64,000 bases of DNA from contig CBFDEM010000013.1 of the NCBI GenBank assembly GCA_965603825.1, positions 124,001 through 188,000 of the forward strand. Reading direction: 5' to 3'. This document shows, piece by piece, positions 1 through 12,500 of the stretch. The DNA comes from Blepharisma stoltei ATCC 30299. Lineage: Eukaryota; Protista; Ciliophora. The position numbers and the translations under genes are program-made. The notes under the pieces were generated by a model that saw nothing but the letters and a program-made list of their open reading frames with translations, did not search any database and had not been told where the DNA came from. The number at the start of each line of letters is the position of its first letter. The stretch's first letter is position 1.

Positions 1-175
1 AGATATATAGAGAAACTCGGTTGACTATTTGTGTAGACATTTAAAAAATCAATAATAGCGCAAGTGCAATTAATATGGGATTCTTAATGCATTGGCTAAG
101 CATCTAAGACGATTAGCAATATAGCTTGCAATTGCCATATGCGTTAATGAAAAAAATTAACTAAAATATAATGAA

Positions 176-2842
176 TTATATACCATCTTCATCGAAAATA
201 ATCTTCAAATTGTCCAGCGACATTGTAGTTGTATGCGCTGTAAATGCGCCTTCAGATATTTCTTGTTTTCTCGCTTGCAGTTCTAGCATCCTCTCCTCCA
301 CAGTATCATGACAAATCAGCTTTATCGCCCTTACAGTCCGATTTTGCCCAATTCTATGCACCCTCTCAATCGCTTGATTTTCAACAGCAGGGTTCCACCA
401 AGGATCCATAAGGATAACTCTAGAAGCATAGGTAAGGTTTATCCCTACCCCTCCTGCTTTTAAGGTAATCAGCATCACTTGTCGTCCATTTTTAAACAAC
501 TGCAAAGCATTTTCCCTTTGATTTTTATTAAGACTCCCATCTAGTCTTGCATAAGAAATTTCAGCTTTTTTTAAAGCAATTTCTAATAAATCTAGCATTG
601 TGGTCCACTGGCTAAAAACAACGGTAGGCTCATTACTTTCTTGAAGTAAATTAAGCAAATACTCAATTTTGGCACTGCTTCTTCATTCTTTTGTGATATC
701 AAGCTGAAATTTGTTTTCTCTAGGCACAGTCGTAAGGTCATGGGCAGTCAAAACTGCTTTGCAAAGAGGGCAATTTCTGTTTTTTTCGACCTGCTGGACA
801 CCACAGAGCCTACACATAAAATGCCCACATTTGGTAATTACAGCATCGTCAATCATATCTAAACAAACTGGGCAGTCCATCGCTTCGCCTTGCTTTATTT
901 TGTCAACAAGCTCATTTATATAATTTTCACTGGTATTCTCTACAACTTTATTGAAAAATTTATCAATTGATTCTAAAGGGTCAGCGTCGTTTTTATTCAT
1001 AATAAGAAAAGGATGGTTACAAAGCTGCCTTAATCTAAGAAGAAGCTCAAAAACTGAGCTTATATATGATTTTAGCCTGCCTTGTGATATAAGTGACCTA
1101 AATCTTGCTTTTGTGTGGTTAAATAAGCGGTCATAGACTCTTCTTTCTTCTATATGCATTGCTAAATAAATTGTGTCTATATTTAATGGAGGGAGAGATA
1201 TTATTGGTGAGCCATTGGCAAGTTTCGAAGCCTTTGTCCGTCTTAATACAATTGGTTTAAGAAGCCTTCTTAAAGCTTCAAAAACGTTAGGGTCTTGCCT
1301 ATTAAAAGGTTTTGTGATAACCCGGTTCCACCACAAATAGTCATTCCAAGGCTCCACTTCTAGAAAGCTTATAAGTGAATATAGATCGTCAAGCCGGTTT
1401 TGGATTGGGGTTCCAGTTAAGGCTCATTTGTAAAGCCCTTGAAGTTTTAAGCAGGATTTTGTAATTCCAGTTTCTCGATTTCTTATATTGTGAGCTTCAT
1501 CAAGGATAATCCTGAACCAATTCATTTTAAATAGTGGCCCAGACGTTGCACAGTCAGTCTGGACTACTCCATAAGTAGTTAAAACGACGTCAGGGCTCCC
1601 CAGCTCCCTCAGCGATTTTGTTTTTTCTGAATAATATTCCATTACCTTTAGCCCTGTCCCATGGTTTTCAATTTCACTATGCCACTGAGTCATCAAAGAC
1701 AGCGGCAGGACTATTAAAGTCCCCCCTTCATTGATATTTTTTGATTTTTTCGGACTGTGTGTATATCCCCTCCTATGTGTATGCAGCAGCGACACAACCA
1801 TCACAGTTTTCCCTAATCCCATTTCGTCAGCCAAAATCCCTCCTTTACAAAGTGCACCCCCTTCCGGGAATTTCGTAGCAACTTGTCCTGTATAATGATT
1901 AAAATAAATAAATCTCCCATCAATCGCTTTATATTCTTCCCACAAATGATGTAATTCTCCATTATTTCTGTTACTTTTTGTATGTGTTTCTCGCTCATAC
2001 ATCCAGGCAAGTGCTTGCTTTTGATAAGAATAAAGGCAGCTTCTAAAGCTTGGCGCAGGCTCCATTTCTGATAATTCTGATTCCCCATTTAAATCGTCAA
2101 GGCCTAAAGCTTTGTCGACATTTTCCATTCCTTTTGATTCTTCTAAATTTAGTTTATCATTTAAAGGCTCTCGCTTGTGGTTGACTAATGCGCTTTGGGT
2201 TTTTTCTAAGTTTAACAGTTTAAAAAGTTTTTGGAAAGCTTCTCTCTGGGTAAAATATTCATCAGCTGAAGCGTTTTTTTGGGTTATTACTTCTTTAGCG
2301 GTCTGGGCTGGGTCACAGAGCGCTTCTGGCTTCAAAATGACGTTGATAGTCACTTTTAAAGAATCTAATAGGCTTAAGCTGCTTTGAGAGTCCAATACAA
2401 ATACTTCAATTTCTATAAGATTGCCAGAAATCAACGGATATAAAAACTCAGAAACTGCTTGTGGGAATTTTCCTACACTGAAACCATTAGGCTCCATTGC
2501 GAACCTAACTGTCTTGTCTTGGTCTTCTTTCTTTTTATTTTTTCCAAAAGTGTGTTGCTTTGGCAGTCTTATTGATAAGCGGTGCCCATTTTTGACATTT
2601 TGGATGCTTGAAATTGCATAGGCGTCGCTATCAAAAGTCCCGAGCAGGATTCCTTGTTGGCTGTCTTGGAATTTTCGCTTGAGCATGAGCTCTTGGGATA
2701 GGTTTTGTCGGTGAAGTTCTCTGTAATATTGGTCTATAGCTAAATCAACATTGAAATTATTTCTTTGAAGGGAATTGGTGATTTTGATGATATCCTGCTC
2801 TCCAGTGATTTCTGTGAAGAGCTTGAAGTTTTCACTTTCCAT
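176..2842 (-). CDS. RAD5: RAD5/HLTF-like SNF2 helicase with HIRAN and RING domains (888 aa)
   Basis: Three track ORFs in one frame joined by TGA=Trp (1424-1426 gives YK-W-ALTGTPIQN; 683-685). GGILADEMGLGKT, IILDEAH, C3HC4 RING (CPVC..CGHFMC..C..CPLC), VVFSQW, QAIERVHRIGQ. Confidence 0.95.
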
Positions 2843-3525
2843 TTAAATATACCGCTTTGAAAAAATCCATTGTACAAGATTTTTAATATAAGCTAATGCA
2901 AATTTTCAAAAAATTAAAATTGTATTATAAATTATTTGATAAATTGTACCTTTCTTCTGTCAGCTCAGTTTCGCTTGGAGGCTCTGCTGATGCTATCAAG
3001 CTTCGATTGGTTTCGACAGCTTCACTGAGCCTTTTTTGCAAGTTAGAAATAGTTGAAGGTATTGTCGGGAATTCCATGTTTTCTAGGTCTTCCATTATCA
3101 CTTCTAAAGTGTTATTTTCTTTCATCCCTTCTATTAAATTGCCCATATCTATAGATAGTTTATTTTATAAATCAATTAGTATTATACAGGCATTTTCATT
3201 AATATCAGAACTTAAGGTAATTTTTTATTCAAATTTCAATAGATATTGTTTATTTGTATAGATATAAATTGCTATTCTTGCCAAATCATTCGTATTAAAA
3301 TTAATTTAAAGGTTTTGATTTCAATTTGGAAAATCATTTAGTATTTATATTTGTTAGAAAATAAAAGACAGAAATTAAAGTCTATATAAAACTATTTCTT
3401 CAAAGAAACCCGATATTTAAATATAAAGCCATTATACTCTCAATCAATCATAATTTCAATAACATCATTGCTAATTATTCAGCTCTATTGTACATTTATA
3501 TAAGCTTTTATTTCTAATTTAATAA

Positions 3526-4749
3526 ATGTCTAGCAATCCTATTTTTCCTTTTTCGAATCCATCAAATCCACAAAATTCAGTATTTTCCATCAATCCTTCT
3601 CAAAAGCCTACAGCATTATTTCAACCAAACGCTTTACCAGGTGAAGCTCCACAGTCTATTTTTGGTAAACCAACGAATGTATTTCCAGCAAGCCAACCAA
3701 GTGCTTTTTCATTTGGGGAGAAGAACCCAAGCTTGATTCAACCCCAAAAAAAAGAAGCATCGAGTAACCCATTCTTAAACGCCCAAGCTCCTCTAATGCA
3801 AACTCAAGGGGCTTTTTCAATCCCATTTCAAGCTAAGACAGAGACGTCCAGTTCTAAGCAGGAAACTCAAAGTGCCCAAGAGTTAAAATCTAATAATCCA
3901 GAAAAAGAAGAAGAAAAAGCAGAAGAGCCCAAAAACGAAAAAAACCCAGAAATCGAAATCGAGTCCTTGGAATCCTACAAATCAAACTACAAAAAATGTG
4001 ATGATTTAAATAATATATTAAGAGAAGAACTCAAGGCAAAAAGCGAAGAAATTATCTCATTAAAGCAAACATTAACGGAAAAAGATAAAAAGGAAAAAGA
4101 GAAGACTAACGAAATCCAAGCAAAAACTGCAGGACTCAGCCAAGATGCGGCTCAGAAAGATATGCTTATTGCAAAATACAAGGCTGAAATGGAAGAATTG
4201 CATAGAAAAAAGCATCAATTATCCTTAAATAACTTTCATCTTAGGTCGAAAGTTGCGATATTACAAAAAAACTTGGAACTTGCCCACGAAAATTTTAAAA
4301 AAAAGCTTCAAAATCATGATGATTTGCTCAGAGAGCAAATAAAAGAACTAGAAAAACAAAATAAATTCGAAAAAGAGAAATTTGTAAAAGATGTAAAGTC
4401 AATCAAAAGAAAGTTCAAGAGCGAGATGACTGCAGAATTAAAGCAAAACTTGGTAGAAGCTAGCAAATTTCAATTCCATAATGCAGATTACACAGATAAT
4501 CTCGATGAAATTGCCAATTTAAATCAACAAATTTCTAAGAAAACCAAGGAATTAGAAGCAATTAAGGATGAAATTGATTTTAATTCAAATTCATTGGAGA
4601 GAATAAAGGGGAATATTAACACCCTCTCAGCGTATGAAGTACAAAAAAACAACCATTTTATGCAGGAAACTTATGGGGTTGTGCTTGTATTTTTACTTGG
4701 ATTTCTAGCACATATTTTAGTAGGTCCATATCTTGGTTTAATCAAATAA
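3526..4749 (+). CDS. Tail-anchored coiled-coil protein with Phe/FG-rich low-complexity N-terminus (407 aa)
   Basis: Open ATG-TAA frame; N-terminal S/P/Q/N-rich region with SIFG and FSFG; long coiled coil; C-terminal hydrophobic helix VVLVFLLGFLAHILV. Confidence 0.85.
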   Translation: MSSNPIFPFSNPSNPQNSVFSINPSQKPTALFQPNALPGEAPQSIFGKPTNVFPASQPSAFSFGEKNPSLIQPQKKEASSNPFLNAQAPLMQTQGAFSIPFQAKTETSSSKQETQSAQELKSNNPEKEEEKAEEPKNEKNPEIEIESLESYKSNYKKCDDLNNILREELKAKSEEIISLKQTLTEKDKKEKEKTNEIQAKTAGLSQDAAQKDMLIAKYKAEMEELHRKKHQLSLNNFHLRSKVAILQKNLELAHENFKKKLQNHDDLLREQIKELEKQNKFEKEKFVKDVKSIKRKFKSEMTAELKQNLVEASKFQFHNADYTDNLDEIANLNQQISKKTKELEAIKDEIDFNSNSLERIKGNINTLSAYEVQKNNHFMQETYGVVLVFLLGFLAHILVGPYLGLIK

Positions 4750-4847
4750 TAAATATACACAAATTAAAATTAATTTATACTAAAAATCAATAAAATTATT
4801 AAATACAATGCAGCTTTAAATTTTCTCAAATTCTCTAACAGTTAATT

Positions 4848-5720
4848 ATGGAGAAGCAAAATGGTTCTACTAAACCCAAGCATTGTGATAGCTCTCTCAG
4901 CAGCTCCACCAATGGTTGCACTAAGTCGAGCCCCAGTCCAAGCAAGCTCCATAAAGACTATAAAAATGAAGACTTAAGTGAGCTGCAAGACCGCCCCAAA
5001 ATCAATGAAGCTTCTCGGCGATATTTGCCCAATTACATCCCCATACATAAACGAGTTGGAGAACTCGTCCGCCAAAAGAATGATTATATAAAGCAGCTCA
5101 AGTTGGAGTCAGAGGTTAAAAAGCGGTCAAAAGAAGAAGCTGAATGCACATTTACCCCAAGCACGCTCAACCAGACCAAAAGAAGCCCAGTTGAGTTTTC
5201 TAATTATGCATACAGCTGGCTTAAAAAATGCAAAACAGAGCTAGAGAAAAAAGAAAAGGAAGCAGAAATAGAAAAATACGCAGAAATGAAGGAAAAGCCT
5301 GACATACTCGAGATATCTAAACAGATGTCAGCCAGGGTAAGATATAAGTAGAGAAGCACAACGCCTGTGTTTGAAAGGCTGTATAATGATAGAAAAAGAG
5401 AGAAAAATGAGACTGCGAATTCGTTCAGCCCGATGATTAATTCTAAGTCTGCTAAAATGATTGAATTAAAGAGGGATAAAGCAGTGTTTGATAGGCTTTA
5501 CTCTTTAAGAAAAGTTAAAGAAAAGTCCCCTAAAAATGAGGAGGCCACAAGAGTAAAGAAAAGGAGAATGAATAAAAGCTATAATTTTGATGAAAACTGA
5601 AGTAAGAGCTATCAAATTAATGCCAGTCGAGGAAATATTTATGATGAAAACAGCGGTATTAGCAATGTTAGCTATACTGATGATCTGTGTGCATTATTGA
5701 AATCAATTAAAGGATTGTAA
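4848..5720 (+). CDS. Basic hypothetical protein with F-x-P-x-I-N and VFERLY-type repeats (285 aa)
   Basis: Track ORFs joined by a 15-nt intron (5337-5351) and TGA=Trp at 5598-5600; ends TAA 5718-5720. Confidence 0.75.
5337..5351 (+). other. 15-nt spliceosomal intron
   Basis: GTAAGATATAAGTAG; removal deletes an in-frame TAG and keeps the frame. Confidence 0.85.
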
Positions 5721-6395
5721 AAAAATTAAATTTGTTTAGATATATATAAATAGTGAATTAATAATAGAAATAATGATTGATTTTAACCATGTTATTTAAA
5801 ATTTTTGGCTAAAAGCATCTTTGAGCATGATTTTTATAATTATTAAAATCACTTATTGAGGAAAGAAATTTATTAATAAGTCTTGATACTAATGTGTTAT
5901 TATAGTAATAATTTTTTTATTTATATTATATATGGTACTTAAATTTCTATCTTGCTTTACTTTGCCAATAATTAAAATTCGTATAAAAAAAGAATAAGCG
6001 TTTATTATATTTTTATTTTATTTATTCTATTTAAAATTTCATATACCTTTCAAATAACTAAATATTCTTGATATTTTGAATTTTTATAAAATTTAATACT
6101 TTTAATCATAAATAAAAGAAATATTATTCACTGAAAGCTAATAATTCTCTTAATTTTAATAATTCCTTAGTACATGTTGTTTCTATGCAGTTAAAATGGC
6201 GGACAATTTTTAGATTATCTCTTAAGAATCTGAAATTTTAGAAGTGAATTTTCATTATCTAACTCGAGATTTTTGGGATTAATTATCAATTAATACTTTC
6301 TTTTGCGTTTAATTTTTTTTAAAAACCCAAATTTTTACATCTTTCTATCATTTTATTATAAATATAAAATTTATAAGTCAAATTTTTAATAATTT

Positions 6396-6932
6396 TTACA
6401 TTAATTTTTTTGAACAAATAGCATGCCTTTTCATATGCCTTTGCAGCTTATATTTGTTGTAAGCTACATAGCTGCATTCCTTACAACCTACCCGCCTTGC
6501 AGTTTCATGCACTTGCTGGTAGTGAAACTTCAAAGCATACTTGTGTGTAAAAAGTTTGCCACAGATGTCACACAGTGAATTCTTTATGCTTGCAGAATGC
6601 TTTTTTCCCATGTGCTGGCTCAAACCTTGATTACTATTGAATATTTTGTTGCAGATAGGGCAGCAATTGACTTTATCTGATGATTTTTTAGAGCTTCCTA
6701 CCTGTTTAGGAGAAGGAGTGTTAGGATCTAATCCTAATTCTGTGTTAAGAATTGTGATTATATCTCTCTCGATCATGAATTCGTTGACCATATAGTCTCT
6801 CAAAAGAGTTAGACTTTGAAAGGACATATCACATAGATCGAAAAAACTACGAATCTTTTCTTTTGAAGGAAAACATGTGGGCTGCCGCCTTAAATTATCT
6901 TTAACGATGCTTGATACTCTGACTTGATCCAT
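6396..6932 (-). CDS. C2H2 zinc-finger protein, type A copy 1
   Basis: Three fingers CPIC..HMGKKH, CDIC..HYQQVH, CKEC..HMKRH; paralogous to 10603-11121. Confidence 0.9.
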   Translation of the reverse strand: MDQVRVSSIVKDNLRRQPTCFPSKEKIRSFFDLCDMSFQSLTLLRDYMVNEFMIERDIITILNTELGLDPNTPSPKQVGSSKKSSDKVNCCPICNKIFNSNQGLSQHMGKKHSASIKNSLCDICGKLFTHKYALKFHYQQVHETARRVGCKECSYVAYNKYKLQRHMKRHAICSKKLM

Positions 6933-8175
6933 CTTTATTTTATATATGGTGTCATTTTGCAGATTTTATATAATCTAATAAGGCTACTATATAAATGGAC
7001 AGTTTAGACTAGTTCAAATATTAGTTTTAGATGATTGAGCAGGAGATTTGAGATAATAGTAAAGAAAAACTATAAAAATGAATTGAAATCAAAAACGCAA
7101 AATCCAGTAATAAATTAAGTAAGTTGATAGATTAAGATTAGTCGATAATTTATAAGAAAATTGGCCTATCATAATGAGCGAATGGGAATTTTTAATTTTT
7201 GCCTATTCCTGCTTGATTTATAAGAAAAATTGATTTTTGGTTCCAGCTACTTAATTTTCTTATAAAAACAGCCAGTAAAAGCTAACGAGTTATCAAAAAT
7301 TAAATTAAAAAACCCAAAACCCATCCATTTTATGCAAGTTAATAATTTTAGGAAGCACAAAGATCTCACAAGTTCCAAAAAAATTTTCACAAATAAAAAA
7401 ACAAAAAATTAAGAAGCAAAATTTTTGACGAATATTAAACTTTCATGAAGCAAAATTGTTTTTCTGGGCTCAGATGTGAATCTAAATAATAATTAATTGT
7501 TTTATTTCTCTACTTTTGCTTTATCGAACAAAAAAATTTAAATTCTTTTCGACTGAAATTTGCTTTTATGTTCAAAAATACACATAAATAATGAAAGAAA
7601 TTGAAAATAAGATTGATAAAGTTAAAGAGAAATTTCGTCAATTATTTTCACTACAAGAAATTTTCAAAAATTTATGACTGGAGAGATATCTAATTGCTAA
7701 AACTTCGATAAATTGTTTTGCACTGCCAAAAAGTGAGTTCTAAATTCAATAAATCTATTAAGGCTTCCTTATAGTTTGGCAGTCCATTACTAGCTTTTGG
7801 ATTACATATTATGGAAGGAAACAATTAATTTTAATTAATTCTAATTTACTTTAAAATCGCTTAATATATCGATATTAGCACTTTATATAGCTCGCTCATA
7901 TAATTTTAAATATTTATTCATTGCACAAAATAAATTTTTGTTAATTTGACTTCCATATGATTTTCATCTAAAAGTGAAAATTAGAACTTATCAGTGCTCA
8001 CATCGCAAAATATAGTTCTTATAGGGAGTTTACCAGCAATCAAGCGCATAATGCACCCAGTTTATCTGCTTTGTAGGGTTTCTTTTAAAAAAAAATTAAC
8101 TTTTCCTCTTTAAATATTTGGTTAGACATTTTAGTTTAGGTACTTATTTAAGAAGACTTCTAATTAATTTAAGTT

Positions 8176-8706
8176 CTACATGTTTGAGGGCTTTTTAGCT
8201 ATGTGATTTTTCATATGCTTTTTTAGCTTATATTTGTTATAAGCCACGTAACTGCACTCCTCGCAGTTGACTCTTTTTAAAGTTTCATGAACTTGTTGAT
8301 AGTGGAATTTTAAAGCGTATTTATGAGAAAAAAGCTTACCACAGACATCGCACATTGAATTTTTGATACTATTTGAGTGCTTTTTGCCCATATGTTGGTT
8401 AAGGCCTTTTCGGCATTTAAATATTTTATAACATATTGGACAGGAATTCACTGATTTGAGAGTATCTTTGATATTTTCTGTGTAGAGAGTGATAGGTGTA
8501 TTTGGGTCTAGGCCCAATTCTGTATTCAGAAAGGGTACTATTTCACTTTCAATTTTGAATTCAGCGATCATATAGTCTCTCAGGAGCCTCGGGCTGCTGA
8601 AAGAATATCGACTTAGATCACAAAAGCTCGTTGTAAAACCTGTGCTTTTTAAGCTTTCTGGCAACTCGTTTTCGAGTGCGCTTAATAGCATTTCTTCGTC
8701 AATCAT
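8176..8706 (-). CDS. C2H2 zinc-finger protein, type B copy 1
   Basis: Same three-finger array and LLRDYM..ELGLDPNTP motif; paralogous to 11997-12500. Confidence 0.9.
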   Translation of the reverse strand: MIDEEMLLSALENELPESLKSTGFTTSFCDLSRYSFSSPRLLRDYMIAEFKIESEIVPFLNTELGLDPNTPITLYTENIKDTLKSVNSCPICYKIFKCRKGLNQHMGKKHSNSIKNSMCDVCGKLFSHKYALKFHYQQVHETLKRVNCEECSYVAYNKYKLKKHMKNHIAKKPSNM

Positions 8707-10602
8707 TTCTATTATATTTTATATTTTATAATTAAGCCATTTAAAATTAAGATAATGGCATTATCCAAATAAAATTATAACTTAAGAATAGCCGTTATCA
8801 TTTTGCCGTAATTGCCACGTGAATAGGCTAATTCTACCTATGTTGGTATTTAGCGCAGCAATATGCACTTAAATTGTAATATACACGCGGCTCAAATTTA
8901 AATTTGACTGTTAAAAGACCTATTAAATATATTGTCTTGAATTATAGACTATTTATGGTTATCTATTATTTCTAAGTAGTTTTTTTGATAGGATTCTGAA
9001 GTAAACTCAAAGATCGTTTGAAAATAATTTAAATTTGCCTCGAATTTTTTTTCAATAAAATTGCCTTGAATTTATCAAATCACTCAATCCTTATTTTACC
9101 TTGTTCAACTATATTTTATTATTAAAAGAAAAAAATTGTACTTTCACGATTTTAGAATACTTATCTAAATTGTATAATTTTTAAAAATAGCTTAAGAATT
9201 AAATTAAAAATGTCTTAATAAGCAGATGAAGAAAATAGTTTATAATAAAAAGCAATCTACTTTAGTCAATGAGTTGAATTGAGAAAAAATTATTGTGGAT
9301 TTGAAGATAAATTATTTGTAAAAAAATATTTATCTCAAATAGGACCAAAGTGAAGTTAAAGGATTGCATTATATTGAGATGATAGCTTTACTTTGAAAGA
9401 GCTAAAGCAGGTAGCATTGAGCTTGTAGAGGTACTGATAATTGGAATAAGAAGACTATAACGATAAGACTCTAGTTGAGGCTAATTCTAGAGGAGTTAAT
9501 TCAAGAAAGCATTAAATAAGATTTGAAGAAAATGACCAATCTTGCTTGATTATCGTATATTCAGCATTTTTTATAAAATTTTGAAAGTTGAATATCAAAA
9601 ATTCTAAAAGACCAAATTTACAAACAATTTTTGATTTGGTATTTGCATTTTAATTGCAAAATTTTATAATAAGCTAATTTTCATTTTTGTGCTATAAGTC
9701 GAATAAATATCATATGATTATAATAAATTAAAGCAGTGGATACTAAAATTCAAAGCTATATCCACAGTTAATTACAAAAAACAAGAAATTTTCAAAAAAA
9801 TTATCAAAAAATAAAGCATAGAACTAAAATGCCCTTGATAGAAGTCAAATATATTAAAAAATTATGTATTTTCAAAAGGATACAGCCATAAAACTTAGCT
9901 TGACTTAATTAAAAGAAACAATTTAAAAATATTTTGACTTGCATTGGGCGTTCAACACAACAAAAAGGAGTAAAAAATGAATAAATATCCTTAGATAAAC
10001 TATAAATGGTGAAAATAATGAAACAGTTAATTTATTTAAAATTAAATATTTATGCTAATTAAATTTTTATCCTTTAAAAACTCAATGCATGAATCTTTAT
10101 AGTTATTAATATCATTAATTGAGAAAAGAAATCAATTAATAAGCCCTTGAACTAATGCACTATTGTAATAATATATTTTTTATTTATTGGCCATTAATAC
10201 TTAAGATGTCTTCCTGGCTTCCTTTCAAAATTATTAGAGTCGTTGGAAAAGAATAGACATTTAGCTATTTTTTTTGAATATTCTATATACTTTTCAATAC
10301 TTAATATTTTAAATTTATTACTTTTAATCAAAAATAAAAGAAATAATAATTTCCTGAATCTACGAATCCTTCAGTTTATACATTTTAAATACTATTAGGC
10401 TTTCATTTTTTCTATATAGTTGAATATAGCATATTGCATTCAGAAGTGAAAATTTCATTATTTACCTCAAGATTTTTGATATTGCTATGTTTAATGATTT
10501 AAAATGCTTTAATTATCTCTCAGATAAAAAAAGATTTTTACTCCCTATTCTTTTTATTATAATTATATATTAATTAGTCAAATTTTAATCATGATTTTTA
10601 CA

Positions 10603-11121
10603 TTAAATTTTAGGACAAGAAGCGTGCTTTTTCATATGCTTTTTCAGCTTATATTTGTTATAAGCTATATAACTGCATTCCTTGCACCCTACCTGCTTTG
10701 CAGTTTCATGCACTTGCTGGTAGTGAAACTTCAAGGCATACTTGTGTGTAAAAAGTTTGCCACAGACGTCACACAGTGAATTCTTTGTGCTTGCAGAGTG
10801 CTTTTTCCCCATGTGCTGGCTCAAACCTTGGCTACTTTTAAATATTTTGTAGCAGACTGGGCAGTATTTAGCTTTTTCTAATTGTTTTGCAGGGCTGTCT
10901 ATTTGTTTAGGTGAAGGAGTGTTTGGATCTAATCCTAATTCTGCGTTAAGAATTGTGATTATATCCCTCTCGATCATGAACTCGTTGACCATATAGTCTC
11001 TCAAAAGAGTTAGACTTTGAAAGGATATATCACATAGATCGAAAAAACTACGAATCTTTTCTTTTGTGTGCAGCTGCCTTAAATCATCTTTAGCAATAGC
11101 TGATACTCTGGCCTGATCCAT
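10603..11121 (-). CDS. C2H2 zinc-finger protein, type A copy 2
   Basis: Intact ORF with three C2H2 fingers. Confidence 0.9.
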   Translation of the reverse strand: MDQARVSAIAKDDLRQLHTKEKIRSFFDLCDISFQSLTLLRDYMVNEFMIERDIITILNAELGLDPNTPSPKQIDSPAKQLEKAKYCPVCYKIFKSSQGLSQHMGKKHSASTKNSLCDVCGKLFTHKYALKFHYQQVHETAKQVGCKECSYIAYNKYKLKKHMKKHASCPKI

Positions 11122-11996
11122 CTTGATTTTATAATAGGTGTCATTTTACAGATTTTATATAGATTATTATGGCTATTATATAAATGGAAATTATATAGGA
11201 GTATCCGTTTTAATCTTTAGATGATGCTATAAGAATCCTTAGGGCCTATTTGTCATAATAATTTTATGTGCGGGTTTCTTTTAGGTCTTAAAATCATCTC
11301 AATTTTTGGAACATTAAAAACTATACTAATTTTCTCTGACAAAAAATTGAAATAATTGCGTAGGGCCCAGAATGATTTCAAATTAATGATAATTCTAATA
11401 TAGAATTTAGAAAATTATCAAAATTAAATATTAAAGATATCAGCCCTATCCTATTTAACATATTAAATTTTTCACAAAGTCAATCATAATCAAAAAATTT
11501 TTCCTAAAAAAAAAGCAAATTTTTAGTATGAATTTGGTTTGCATTTGAAAAAAAATTGATTTTCTCGCTAATGTGAGAGAAATAAATAATAATTTATAGT
11601 TTATTTTCTTATTTTTTGCTTAATTGAAAAATAAAATTTAAATTTTTTTCGACCGAAATTAATTATTATACTCATAAAATCAACTAAATAAAAAAAAATT
11701 GATATTAAATTGATAAAAATACTTCATAAGGTGCTAAAATTTAAATTATTTCGCCTTGGGAATTTATTTTGTTATTTTTGAAACTTTCTAAAACTAGTAA
11801 TAATAAAATGATAATTTTTCATGGGTGCAGATCGATTCACTCTTGAGAGCTCCTTAATCTAATAGAAATTTAAATAAAAATCATTGCCCTTCAAATACCA
11901 ATTAACTTATCTCTTTCTAGTTATTAATTAGACATTTTAGTTTAGACACTTATTTAACGAAACTTCTAATTAATTTAAGCACTACAAATTTGAGAG

Positions 11997-12500
11997 TTAT
12001 TTAGATAGGTGCTTTTTCATATGCCTTTTTAGTCTATATTTGTTATAAGCCACGTAGCTGCACTTCTCGCAGTTGACTCGTTTTAAAGTTTCATGAACTT
12101 GCTGATAGTGGAATTTTAAAGCATATTTATGTGAAAATAGCTTTCCACAGATGTCACAAAGTGAATTTTTGATACTATTTGAGTGCTTTTTGCCCATATG
12201 CTGGTTAAGGCCTTTTCGGTTATTAAATATTTTATAACATATTGGACAGGAATGCACCTCAGAGATATTTTCTGTGTAGAGAGGGGTAGGTGTATTTGGG
12301 TCTAGGCCCAATTCTGTATTCAGAAAGGGTACTATTTCACTTTCAATTTTGAATTCAGCGATCATATAGTCTCTCAGGAGCCTTGGGCTGCTGAAAGATA
12401 ATCGACTTAGATCGCAAAAGCTTGTTGTAAAACCAGTGTTTTTTAAGCTTGCTGGTAGCTCGATTTCAAATGCGCTTAAAACCATTTCTTCGTCAATCAT
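11997..12500 (-). CDS. C2H2 zinc-finger protein, type B copy 2
   Basis: Intact ORF with three C2H2 fingers. Confidence 0.9.
   Translation of the reverse strand: MIDEEMVLSAFEIELPASLKNTGFTTSFCDLSRLSFSSPRLLRDYMIAEFKIESEIVPFLNTELGLDPNTPTPLYTENISEVHSCPICYKIFNNRKGLNQHMGKKHSNSIKNSLCDICGKLFSHKYALKFHYQQVHETLKRVNCEKCSYVAYNKYRLKRHMKKHLSK

Larger units (their letters stand above)
5900..9560. repeat. Tandem segmental duplication, copy 1 (boundaries approximate)
   Basis: Genes and intergenic DNA align with 10160-13550, e.g. 8931 TTGTCTTGAATTATAGACTATT vs 12921. Confidence 0.85.

Noticed and set aside
2896-3261. Short ORFs on both strands between RAD5 and the coiled-coil gene
   Set aside because: No motif; the minus 73-aa ORF may be a remnant but cannot be supported.
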